From a virus (taxonomy: Duplodnaviria > Heunggongvirae > Uroviricota > Caudoviricetes): a stretch of DNA of 30,806 nt. The position numbers were made by a program, and so were the translations under genes. The notes under the pieces were generated by a model. The model made no database searches. It was not told the DNA's origin and saw nothing but the letters and a program-made list of their open reading frames with translations. The stretch lies in the IMG/VR virus record IMGVR_UViG_3300030438_000300. The stretch is one strand, 5' to 3'. Positions 15,781-24,238 of the stretch are shown in pieces (position 1 is the first letter of the stretch; each line of letters begins with the position of its first letter).

Positions 15781-16263
15781 ATGTCAGGACCCCTGAAAAC
15801 CCCGCCACGCCTGCATTTGATACGAGGCAACCCCTCAAAGCGCCCCGTTAAAGACCCAAAAAAAACCGCTAAAAAGGATGAAAAATGTCTCCCTAAAATT
15901 CCGCAACATTTAGGGTCGCAGGGGAAGTACTGGTTCAGGCGAATGGCGGAAGAACTGAATGCGGAAGGGATCATTTCTCAGCTTGATGCGCGTGCACTCG
16001 AGTTACTGGTGGAAGCCTACACCGAATACCGGCATCACTGCGAAACACTCGATGTTGAGGGGTATACCTACCGCACGGAAACGCAGAACGGTGATGTGCT
16101 GATTAAGGCACACCCGGCTGCTGCGATGAAAGCGGATGCCTGGAAGCGGATCCGGGCGATGCTTGCAGAATTTGGTATGTCACCGGCAAGCCGGGCGAAA
16201 GTAAATACCGCCGGACCGGATGATGTTGATCCGCTGGCGGAGCTTTTAAAAGCGAGAGACTGA
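15781..16263 (+). CDS. terS: Terminase small subunit (P27 family-like)
   Basis: 160-aa ORF; its stop overlaps the large terminase start. Sequence pattern (KTPPRLHLIRGNPSKRP... ALELLVEAYTEY...) is consistent with P27-type small terminases. Confidence 0.75.
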   Translation: MSGPLKTPPRLHLIRGNPSKRPVKDPKKTAKKDEKCLPKIPQHLGSQGKYWFRRMAEELNAEGIISQLDARALELLVEAYTEYRHHCETLDVEGYTYRTETQNGDVLIKAHPAAAMKADAWKRIRAMLAEFGMSPASRAKVNTAGPDDVDPLAELLKARD

Positions 16264-18020
16264 TGGCAAAAGTGGCTGACGGGATCCGCTACGCCGAACG
16301 TGTTGTTGCAGGAGAAATTGTCGCTGGCGAATTTGTCCGTCTGGCCTGCCAGCGTTTTCTTGATGATCTGAAGTACGGCGAAGAGCGGGGGATTTATTTT
16401 AGTGAACCCCGTGCGCAGCACATCCTTAATTTCTACAAATTTGTGCCCCATGTGAAAGGGGCGCTGGCAGGCCAGCCCATTGAACTGATGGACTGGCATG
16501 TATTTATCCTCATTAATATTTTTGGTTTTGTCATTCCGCTGGTGAATGAAGAGACCGGGGAAGTTGTCATGCGCAGCGATGGCAGTGGACGCCCGGTGAT
16601 GGTGCGCCGGTTCCGGACGGCGTACAACGAAGTCGCCCGTAAAAACGCAAAATCAACCCTGTCATCGGGTATCGGTCTGTATATGACGGGGGCAGATGGT
16701 GAAGGTGGTGCTGAGGTGTATTCAGCCGCAACCACGCGTGATCAGGCCAGAATCGTGTTTGAAGACGCCAAAAATATGGTCAGAAAAGCCCGGTCGACAC
16801 TCGGGCGGTTGTTTGACTTCAACAAGCTGGCGATTTACCAGGAGCAGAGCGCATCAAAATTTGAACCGCTTTCCTCGGATGCAAACAACCTGGACGGTCT
16901 GAACATCCACTGCGCCATTATTGATGAGCTGCATGCTCATAAAACCCGTGACGTGTGGGACGTTCTGGAAACGGCAACCGGTGCCCGTCTGCAGTCTCTG
17001 TTATTTGGCATCACCACGGCTGGCTTTAACAAGGAAGGGATTTGCTACGAGCAGCGCGATTACGCCATTAAGGTATTGCGAGGCTATAACAGCGACGTGG
17101 AGGGCGCGGTAAAAGACGACTCCTACTTTGCGATCATTTACACGCTCGATGAGGGAGATGATCCGTTTGATGAAACGGTCTGGCAGAAAGCGAATCCTGG
17201 CCTGGGCATCTGTAAACGCTGGGATGATCTGCGTCGTCTGGCGAAAAAAGCGAAGGAGCAGGTCTCTGCGCGGGTGAATTTTTTTACCAAACACATGAAT
17301 GTGTGGGTCACTGCCGAATCTGCCTGGATGGATATGATTAAGTGGGAGAAGTGCGAATACATTGCTCCACAACATGAGCTGAAAACATATCCCATGTGGG
17401 TCGGCGTAGACCTTGCTCATAAGATTGATATCTGTGCGGCGGCAAAACTCTGGCGAACCGATAACGGACATGTTCATGCTGATTTTAAATTCTGGCTTCC
17501 GGAAGGACGGCTGGAGCGATGCTCGCGGCAGCAGGCAGAACTTTACCGGAAGTGGGCGGAGATGGATAAGCTCATCCTGACGGATGGTGATGTTATCGAT
17601 CATGCTCAGATAAAAAGTGACTTACTGGAATGGATTGGCGGTGAAAACCTCAGGGAACTGGGATTTGACCCGTGGAGCGCAATGCAGTTCAGCCTGGCAC
17701 TGGCTGAAGAAGGGATACCGCTGGTGGAGGTTCCGCAGACGGTCCGCAATCTGTCAGAGGCCATGAAGGAAACGGAATCACTGGTTTATGCCGGGCGTTT
17801 CCATCACAGCAATCATCCGGTCATGAACTGGATGATGTCTAACGTTACGGTAAAACCGGACAAAAACGACAACATCTTCCCGAATAAATCCACGCCTGAA
17901 GCCAAAATCGACGGCCCTGTTGCACTTTTTACGGCCATGAGCCGCTTTCTGGTAAATGGCGGGGGCGTGAATGACTTTCTGTCCACGCTTGATCCTGATG
18001 AGGACCTGTTAATTCTGTGA
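16263..18020 (+). CDS. terL: Terminase large subunit
   Basis: 585-aa ORF with ATPase and nuclease-region features, in the conserved terS-terL-portal order. Walker B-like IHCAIIDELHAHKT. Confidence 0.9.
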   Translation: MAKVADGIRYAERVVAGEIVAGEFVRLACQRFLDDLKYGEERGIYFSEPRAQHILNFYKFVPHVKGALAGQPIELMDWHVFILINIFGFVIPLVNEETGEVVMRSDGSGRPVMVRRFRTAYNEVARKNAKSTLSSGIGLYMTGADGEGGAEVYSAATTRDQARIVFEDAKNMVRKARSTLGRLFDFNKLAIYQEQSASKFEPLSSDANNLDGLNIHCAIIDELHAHKTRDVWDVLETATGARLQSLLFGITTAGFNKEGICYEQRDYAIKVLRGYNSDVEGAVKDDSYFAIIYTLDEGDDPFDETVWQKANPGLGICKRWDDLRRLAKKAKEQVSARVNFFTKHMNVWVTAESAWMDMIKWEKCEYIAPQHELKTYPMWVGVDLAHKIDICAAAKLWRTDNGHVHADFKFWLPEGRLERCSRQQAELYRKWAEMDKLILTDGDVIDHAQIKSDLLEWIGGENLRELGFDPWSAMQFSLALAEEGIPLVEVPQTVRNLSEAMKETESLVYAGRFHHSNHPVMNWMMSNVTVKPDKNDNIFPNKSTPEAKIDGPVALFTAMSRFLVNGGGVNDFLSTLDPDEDLLIL

Positions 18021-18167
18021 AACAGCTTATTACTGATATGACCGGGCTGATCGGTTTCGGTTTGCTCACTGCTGGCGTTTATCTGTATGCAGGTCTGCCA
18101 GCGTCTCTGATGCTGTCGGGCTGTTTGTTGCTGCTTTATGCACTGGTGGTGTCCATGAGGAGAAAAC

Positions 18168-19394
18168 ATGCTTCTTGATGCTCTGTTTCGCAGTGAGCCT
18201 CTGGAAAATCCCTCGGTTCCGGTAACCGGAGAGGCCGCTGAGACGGATAATATTTTTGCCCGGGATGTGTATGTCAGTCCGGAAACATCCATGAAGCTGG
18301 CTGCTGTCTATGCCTGTATTTATGTTATTTCATCCAGTGTGGCTCAGATGCCCCTGCATGTGATGCGAAAAACGAATGAGCATGTTCAGCCTGCACGCGA
18401 TCATCCGTTGTTCTGGCTCGTTCATGATGAACCGAATGCCTGGCAGACCAGCTATAAGTGGCGGGAACTGAAGCAGCGTCATGTGCTGGGGTGGGGCAAT
18501 GGTTATACGTGGGTAAAACGTAATCGTCGTGGAGAGGTTACCAGCCTTGAATGCTGTATGCCATGGGAAACTACGTTACTTAACACCGGTGGGCGTCATA
18601 CTTACGGGGTGTATAACGAAGAGGGTGCATTTGCGGTAAGTCCGGACGACATGATCCATATCAGGGCGCTGGGAAACAATCAGAAAATGGGACTGAGCCC
18701 GATCATGCAGCATGCTGAAACCATTGGTATGGGAATGAGTGGCCAGCAGTATACCAGCGCCTTTTTTAACGGTAATGCCCGTCCTGCCGGTATTATTTCT
18801 GTGAAAAATGAACTGAACGAACAAAGCTGGGGCAGGCTTAAAAATATGTGGCAGCGGGCGGTGACAGCGCTTCGCAGCCAGGAAAATAAAACCATGTTGC
18901 TGCCTGCGCAACTGGATTACCGCGCTCTGACAGTTTCTCCGGTGGATGCTCAGATCATTGATATGACCAAGCTGAACCGGTCGATGATTGCCGGGATTTT
19001 TAATGTCCCGGCGCACATGATTAATGACCTGGAAAAAGCCACATTTTCGAATATTACGCAGCAGGCGATTCAGTTTGTTCGCTACACGATGATGCCCTGG
19101 GTTGCGAACTGGGAGCAGGAGCTTAACCGTCGCCTGTTTACCCGTACAGAACGGGCTGCCGGGTATTACGTTCGTTTCAACCTCACGGGGTTGCTCCGTG
19201 GGACCCCACAGGAGCGTGCGCAGTTCTATCACTTTGCCATTACAGATGGCTGGATGAGTCGGAATGAAGCCAGGGCATTTGAGGATATGAACCCGGTTGA
19301 CGGTCTGGATGAAATGCTGGTCAGCGTAAATGCAGCAAATCCGTTGAATAACTTTAAAGATACGAAAGGCAAAGAGGAAAAGAACGATGAATGA
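18168..19394 (+). CDS. Portal protein (HK97 family)
   Basis: 408-aa ORF with GAGGAG RBS, directly following terL and preceding the prohead protease. Confidence 0.9.
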   Translation: MLLDALFRSEPLENPSVPVTGEAAETDNIFARDVYVSPETSMKLAAVYACIYVISSSVAQMPLHVMRKTNEHVQPARDHPLFWLVHDEPNAWQTSYKWRELKQRHVLGWGNGYTWVKRNRRGEVTSLECCMPWETTLLNTGGRHTYGVYNEEGAFAVSPDDMIHIRALGNNQKMGLSPIMQHAETIGMGMSGQQYTSAFFNGNARPAGIISVKNELNEQSWGRLKNMWQRAVTALRSQENKTMLLPAQLDYRALTVSPVDAQIIDMTKLNRSMIAGIFNVPAHMINDLEKATFSNITQQAIQFVRYTMMPWVANWEQELNRRLFTRTERAAGYYVRFNLTGLLRGTPQERAQFYHFAITDGWMSRNEARAFEDMNPVDGLDEMLVSVNAANPLNNFKDTKGKEEKNDE

Positions 19395-19986
19395 CCGTGA
19401 AACGCGCTGTTACAGCGGGGAGGTGCGGGCGGAACAATATGATAATGCCCCGACCCACATTCTGGGGTATGGCTCGGTATTTAACAGTCGTTCAGAACCT
19501 CTGTGGGGATTTCGTGAAATCATCAAGCCGGGGGCTTTTGATGATGTACTGAATGATGATGTACGTGGCTTGTTTAATCATGATCCTAATTTCATTCTCG
19601 GACGAAGTTCTGCCGGCACGTTGTCATTGTCGGTGGATGAACGCGGTTTACGTTATGACATTGTTGCACCGGATACTCCGACTATTTGTGACCTGGTGCT
19701 GTCTCCAATGTTGCGTGGTGACATTAATCAGTCCTCGTTCGCGTTTCGTGTCGCCCGTGACGGAGAGAGCTGGTATGAAGACGACGAGGGGATTGTTATC
19801 CGGGAAATCACGCGCATTTCTCGTCTGTATGACGTCAGCCCGGTGACATATCCGGCCTATCAGGACGCAGACTCTGGTGTCCGCTCAATGAAAGCCTGGC
19901 AGGAAGCGCGGGCGAGTGGTGCGCTGAAGAAAGCTGTTAACGAACGAATGGCGCGTGAGCGTCTTTTGACCCTTCTTAATGCATAA
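19387..19986 (+). CDS. Prohead maturation protease (HK97 family, S78-like)
   Basis: 199-aa ORF overlapping the portal stop. Position and size are typical of an HK97-type protease. Confidence 0.85.
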   Translation: MNDRETRCYSGEVRAEQYDNAPTHILGYGSVFNSRSEPLWGFREIIKPGAFDDVLNDDVRGLFNHDPNFILGRSSAGTLSLSVDERGLRYDIVAPDTPTICDLVLSPMLRGDINQSSFAFRVARDGESWYEDDEGIVIREITRISRLYDVSPVTYPAYQDADSGVRSMKAWQEARASGALKKAVNERMARERLLTLLNA

Positions 19987-20000
19987 GGATACTACTGACG

Positions 20001-21218
20001 ATGAAACTTCATGAGATGAAGCAAAAACGAAACACCATTGCAAAGGATATGCGTGCACTGCATGAAAAAATTGGTGATAACGCATGGACTGATGAGCAAC
20101 GGGCAGAGTGGAACAGGGCGAAAGCTGAGCTGGATGCGCTGGATGAGCAAATCGCCCGTGAAGAAGAGTTGCGCCGTCAGGATCAGGCATATGTGGATGA
20201 GTCCGGGCCGGAAGAGCGCCAGAATAATGAGGCGGAGAACGGGAAAAAGGCGGTGGAAGAGAAGCGCGCTGCGGCATTTAACCGTTTTCTGCGTGCCGGA
20301 TTTGCAGAACTGAATGCTGAAGAGCGTAATCTGATGCGTGAACTGCGGGCTCAGAGTGTAACAACGGATTCTCAGGGCGGATATACGGTGCCCACGCAGA
20401 TGCGTAACAAAATCATTGACACCATGAAGGCTTATGGCGGGATTGCCAGTGTGGCGCAACTTCTGACCACATCAACCGGGCAGGATATCACCTGGTCAAC
20501 GTCTGATGGCACGACTGAAGAGGGCGAACTGCTGGCGGAGAATACAGCCGCAACGGAACAGGATGTGACGTTCGGGACCGCTATTCTGGGGGCTAAAAAG
20601 CTGTCATCAAAAATAATTCGTGTGTCCAATGAGCTGCTCCAGGACAGTGGGGTGGATATTGAATCTTATCTGGCAAACCGTATTGCCCAGCGTATTGGTC
20701 GTGGAGAGGCAAAATATCTGGTTCAGGGGACCGGAACGGGATCACCGTTACAGCCAAAAGGGCTGGCAGCGTCGGTGACGGGAACCATCCAGACTGCAGC
20801 CTCTGCCGCTTTCACCTGGAAAGAAATGAATGCCCTGAAACATGCTATTGATCCGGCATATCGTGGTGGGCCGAAATACCGCTGGGCATTCAATGATGCC
20901 ACATTGCAGACTATTGAAGAGATGGAGGATGGACAGAAACGCCCGTTATGGCTGCCGGATATTGCAGGCGGTACGCCGGCTACTGTGCTGGGGATCCCTT
21001 ATGTTATTGATCAGGCTATTGACGGGATTGGTACCGGAAAAAAATTCATTTTCCTGGGGGATTTCAACCGCTTTATTATTCGCCGCGTTACTTATATGGA
21101 ACTGAAACGTCTGGTTGAGCGTTATGCTGAGTTTGATCAGGTGGCATTTCTGGCTTTCCATCGTTTTGACTGTGTGCTGGAAGATGTGGCAGCCATCAAG
21201 GCGCTCACTGGCAAATAA
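20001..21218 (+). CDS. Major capsid protein (HK97 fold) with N-terminal coiled-coil delta/scaffold domain
   Basis: 405-aa ORF with AGGA RBS. N-terminal ~100 aa are highly charged and helical (EQRAEWNRAKAELDALDEQIAREEELRRQ), as for HK97-type delta domains. Confidence 0.9.
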   Translation: MKLHEMKQKRNTIAKDMRALHEKIGDNAWTDEQRAEWNRAKAELDALDEQIAREEELRRQDQAYVDESGPEERQNNEAENGKKAVEEKRAAAFNRFLRAGFAELNAEERNLMRELRAQSVTTDSQGGYTVPTQMRNKIIDTMKAYGGIASVAQLLTTSTGQDITWSTSDGTTEEGELLAENTAATEQDVTFGTAILGAKKLSSKIIRVSNELLQDSGVDIESYLANRIAQRIGRGEAKYLVQGTGTGSPLQPKGLAASVTGTIQTAASAAFTWKEMNALKHAIDPAYRGGPKYRWAFNDATLQTIEEMEDGQKRPLWLPDIAGGTPATVLGIPYVIDQAIDGIGTGKKFIFLGDFNRFIIRRVTYMELKRLVERYAEFDQVAFLAFHRFDCVLEDVAAIKALTGK

Positions 21219-21240
21219 CCACTCGTTGTTCAGTTACAGA

Positions 21241-21264
21241 CCGCGCCGACGCGGTTTTTTTATG
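21241..21264 (+). terminator. Intrinsic terminator/attenuator downstream of the major capsid gene
   Basis: ACCGCG-CCGA-CGCGGT hairpin followed by TTTTTTTA, 23 nt after the capsid stop. A second hairpin GCCCGCACAGTGTTGCGGGC follows. Confidence 0.7.
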
Positions 21265-21294
21265 CCCGCACAGTGTTGCGGGCAGGAGTTTCTG

Positions 21295-21612
21295 ATGGCA
21301 GCAATAGTGGAAAAACTCAGGGCGCAGTGCCGTATTGATACAGATGATGCAACTGATGATGAGTTACTGATGCTGTATTTCCGGGCTGCCTGCCGCAAGG
21401 CAGAAAATTTTATCAACCGTAAGCTTTATGAGGAGACGGTGCCGGAAGGTGATCCTGAAGGGGTGCTTATAGCTGATGATGTTTTGCTGGCGCTCATGTT
21501 GCTGGTCGGGCACTGGCACGAAAACCGGGAAAATTCCTCAGATGTCAGCAAGGCACCAGTCCCGTTTGGTTTTTCTTCTCTGCTGGAGCCTTATCGTTTT
21601 ATTCCTTTGTAG
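21295..21612 (+). CDS. Head-tail connector protein (gp6-like)
   Basis: 105-aa product MAAIVEKLRAQCRIDTDDATDDELLMLYFRAACRKAENFINRKL... with GGAG RBS 6 nt upstream. The ORF-track upstream extension overlaps the capsid gene and the terminator. Confidence 0.7.
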   Translation: MAAIVEKLRAQCRIDTDDATDDELLMLYFRAACRKAENFINRKLYEETVPEGDPEGVLIADDVLLALMLLVGHWHENRENSSDVSKAPVPFGFSSLLEPYRFIPL

Positions 21613-21620
21613 GAGGAGAC

Positions 21621-21959
21621 ATGCAGGCGGGCAGATTACGTGATCGCGTAATTATTCTGAATGTCACCACCGCCCGCTCTCCGTCAGGGCATCCGGTGGA
21701 GACGGTGACGGAGGGAGCTACCGTATGGGCAGAAGTTAAGGGTATCAGCGGGAGGGAGATAATCTCAGGCGGAGCAGAAACCGCTCAGGCTACGGTCAGA
21801 GTCTGGATGAGATTCCGGCGCGATGTGACAGCGACTTCACGTCTGAAAGTGCTGACCGGTGCATTTAAAGGGGCCATTCTGGGTATAGAAGGTCCACCAA
21901 TACCGGATGCACGCGCTACCCGGCTTGAAATACTCTGCAGCCTGAAGGGGAATGTGTGA
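21621..21959 (+). CDS. Head closure / head-tail adaptor protein
   Basis: 112-aa ORF in the conserved position after the connector gene, with GGAGG RBS. Confidence 0.7.
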   Translation: MQAGRLRDRVIILNVTTARSPSGHPVETVTEGATVWAEVKGISGREIISGGAETAQATVRVWMRFRRDVTATSRLKVLTGAFKGAILGIEGPPIPDARATRLEILCSLKGNV

Positions 21960-22405
21960 TGGATTTCAGTCTTGATTTTTCCGGCCTGGCGGATATTGCA
22001 CGGGATTTGGAGACGCTCAGCAGGGCAGAAAACAATAAGGTTCTGCGCGATGCCACCCGTGCCGGTGCTGAAGTTATGCGGGATGCAGTTGTTGAACGTG
22101 CGCCGGAGCGAACCGGGAAACTGAAGAAAAATGTGGTTGTTCTCACTCAGCGTTCAAAGCGTCGGGGGGAAATTATCTCGGGTGTCCACATTCGCGGACG
22201 GAACCTGCGAACCGGAAACAGTGATAACAGCATGAAAGCCAGCGATCCCCGAAATGCATTTTACTGGCGCTTTGTGGAGCTGGGAACGATAAACATGCCC
22301 GCGCATCCATTCATTCGCCCGGCTTTCGATACGACAGAGGAGCTGGCGGCGCAGGTTGCCATACAGCGAATGAATCAGGCTATTGATGAGGTCTTAAGTA
22401 AATGA
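21956..22405 (+). CDS. HK97 gp10-like head-tail joining protein
   Basis: 149-aa ORF; ATGA overlap with the preceding gene; conserved gene order. Confidence 0.65.
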   Translation: MMDFSLDFSGLADIARDLETLSRAENNKVLRDATRAGAEVMRDAVVERAPERTGKLKKNVVVLTQRSKRRGEIISGVHIRGRNLRTGNSDNSMKASDPRNAFYWRFVELGTINMPAHPFIRPAFDTTEELAAQVAIQRMNQAIDEVLSK

Positions 22406-22746
22406 GGGAGGCCACACTGTATTCCCTGTTGTCTCAGCTGGCCGGAGGACAGGTTTATCCTTATGTGGTCCCGCTGACGGAGGGAAAGCCTGCGGTATCT
22501 CCGCCGTGGCTGGTGTTTTCTGTGGTGTCTGACACGGCATCTGATGTGCTTGATGGGCAGGCTGAATCCAGAATTACCGTGCAGATCGATGTCTGGGCGA
22601 CAGTACCTGATGACGCAGATAATATTCGTGAGCAGGCGCTTGATGCGGTAAGGAAACTGGCACCCTCCGTTATTTCTAAAACGCAGGGTTATGATCCTGA
22701 TTCCCGTCTGAGCAGAGCCACGCTTGAATTTCAGGTAATAGCCTGA
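22402..22746 (+). CDS. Tail completion/terminator protein (gpU-like position)
   Basis: 114-aa ORF overlapping the previous stop, immediately before the major tail gene. Confidence 0.6.
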   Translation: MREATLYSLLSQLAGGQVYPYVVPLTEGKPAVSPPWLVFSVVSDTASDVLDGQAESRITVQIDVWATVPDDADNIREQALDAVRKLAPSVISKTQGYDPDSRLSRATLEFQVIA

Positions 22747-22767
22747 GGTCGTTAATGATTTTACCCA

Positions 22768-22790
22768 CCCGCCGCTGGCGGGTTTTTTAT
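22768..22790 (+). terminator. Intrinsic terminator/attenuator upstream of the major tail gene
   Basis: CCCGCC-GCTG-GCGGG hairpin followed by TTTTTTATTTT. Confidence 0.65.
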
Positions 22791-22805
22791 TTTCAGGAGA
22801 CGAGT

Positions 22806-23510
22806 ATGTCCTCTAATTTTGAGCGTTCGCAACTGACGAAAATTATGATTTCGTCTGCACCGGTAACAGCAGAAACCCTGGATTCTGCCAGCTATCTTGG
22901 CCTGAGCTGTACAATCAAAGAAGTGCAGTTTACCGCTGGACAAAAGCAGGATATTGATGTCACCACGCTGTGTTCTGTTGAGCAGGAAAATATTAACGGT
23001 CTTGGTGCCGCGTCAGAGATTTCCATGTCAGGCAACTTTTACCTCAATGCTGCCCAGAACGCGTTGCGCAGTGCCTATGACAATGACACCACGTATGGCT
23101 TTAAAGTTATTTTTCCGTCAGGCAACGGATTTACCTTTATGGCAGAAGTGCGTCAGCATACCTGGTCTGCAGGAACCAATGGTGTTGTGGCTGCAACGTT
23201 TTCCCTGCGTCTGAAAGGCAAACCTGTGCTGACGACAGCTTCGCTGAAAGTGAAGGTTGATTTAAAAAGCACGCTGCGGGTTGCTTCCGGAGCGAAACTT
23301 GAAATGGCGGTTGAGGCTGCGGGTGGTGTGCCGCCTTATTCTTATGTCTGGAAGAAAGGTGGTTCTCCTGTTTCCGGACAGACGGCGGCAACGTTCAGTA
23401 AGGCATCAGCATCATCCGGTGATGCGGGTGCGTATACCTGCGAGATTTCTGATTCAGCGAGCCCGGTTAACAAAGTGACCTCCACTTCCTGCACTGTAAC
23501 CGTCAGTTAA
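22806..23510 (+). CDS. Major tail protein with C-terminal Ig-like (Big_2-type) domain
   Basis: 234-aa product from MSSNFERSQLTKIM... with AGGAG RBS. The C-terminal ~90 aa (LKVKVDLKSTLRVASGAKLEMAVEAAGGVPPYSYVWKKGGSPVSGQTAATFS...YTCEISD) fit an Ig-like domain pattern. Confidence 0.8.
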   Translation: MSSNFERSQLTKIMISSAPVTAETLDSASYLGLSCTIKEVQFTAGQKQDIDVTTLCSVEQENINGLGAASEISMSGNFYLNAAQNALRSAYDNDTTYGFKVIFPSGNGFTFMAEVRQHTWSAGTNGVVAATFSLRLKGKPVLTTASLKVKVDLKSTLRVASGAKLEMAVEAAGGVPPYSYVWKKGGSPVSGQTAATFSKASASSGDAGAYTCEISDSASPVNKVTSTSCTVTVS

Positions 23511-23896
23511 TGAGGATGGATGTGATGACTAAAAATATCCGTAATCTGGCACTGGCAACGATGTCGGGGTTTCGCCATAAAACCGTTGATGTGCCTGAAT
23601 GGGAGGGAGCAACGGTTGTGTTACGGGAACCTTCTGCAGAAGCCTGGTTGCGCTGGCAGGAGATCGTTAAAGCAAAAGATGATGAGACACCGTTATCCGT
23701 TGCGGAGCGCGCCCGCCGAAATCTGGAGGCAGATGTTGAACTGTTCATTGATGTTCTGTGTGATACCGGACTGCAACCCGTATTTTCAGAGGATGATCGT
23801 GAACAGGTGATTGCCGTGTATGGCCCGGTGCATGCGCGGCTTCTTCGGCAGTCTCTGGAACTGATCAGTGATGCCGGCGAGGTTAAAAAAAAGTAG
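23510..23896 (+). CDS. Tail assembly chaperone (gpG-like)
   Basis: 128-aa ORF ending ...GEVKKK-stop, with the slippery run immediately before the stop. Confidence 0.75.
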   Translation: MRMDVMTKNIRNLALATMSGFRHKTVDVPEWEGATVVLREPSAEAWLRWQEIVKAKDDETPLSVAERARRNLEADVELFIDVLCDTGLQPVFSEDDREQVIAVYGPVHARLLRQSLELISDAGEVKKK

Positions 23897-24198
23897 CGCT
23901 TCCGGGGATGCGTTTTCTGATGATGCTGGCGCTCAGGATGGGGCGCACATTGTCAGAGTTACGCCGGGAAATGTCCGCATCAGAAATCATGATGTGGGCA
24001 GAATTTGACAGGTTCAGCCCGCTGGGGGACGAACGGGCTGATTTCCGGGCTGCCCAGATTGTTTCAGCTGTTTACGGTGCGCAGGGGGTCAAAGTGTCAC
24101 TGAATGATGCGCTTCTTCAGTGGGAGAAGGAGCAGACAGAAGGCGCTTCAGATCCATTTGCCGGACTGGAAAACGCGCTTTTAATAGTGTCTCAGTGA
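23893..24198 (+). CDS. T segment of tail assembly chaperone GT, reached by programmed -1 frameshift from G
   Basis: Heptamer A-AAA-AAG at 23887-23893 sits in the last codons of G. The -1 frame is open from 23887 to 24198 and encodes ...VALPGMRFLMMLALRMGRTLSELRREMSASEIMMWAEF.... Confidence 0.65.
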   Translation, partial: VALPGMRFLMMLALRMGRTLSELRREMSASEIMMWAEFDRFSPLGDERADFRAAQIVSAVYGAQGVKVSLNDALLQWEKEQTEGASDPFAGLENALLIVSQ

Positions 24199-24206
24199 GT
24201 CAACAT

Positions 24207-24228
24207 AACCGCTTCGGCGGTTTTTTTT
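24207..24228 (+). terminator. Intrinsic terminator/attenuator between the GT chaperone and tape measure genes
   Basis: AACCGC-TTCG-GCGGTT hairpin followed by T8. Confidence 0.65.
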
Positions 24229-24238
24229 CGTCCGGAGA

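Noticed and set aside
17001-17603. 200-aa minus-strand ORF antisense to the large terminase gene, with similar antisense ORFs opposite the portal (18576-19232), capsid (19992-20459) and tail-tip genes (28525-29200)
   Set aside because: These lie wholly inside strongly supported plus-strand genes, have no RBS and show R/S/P-rich alternate-frame composition typical of GC-rich coding DNA.
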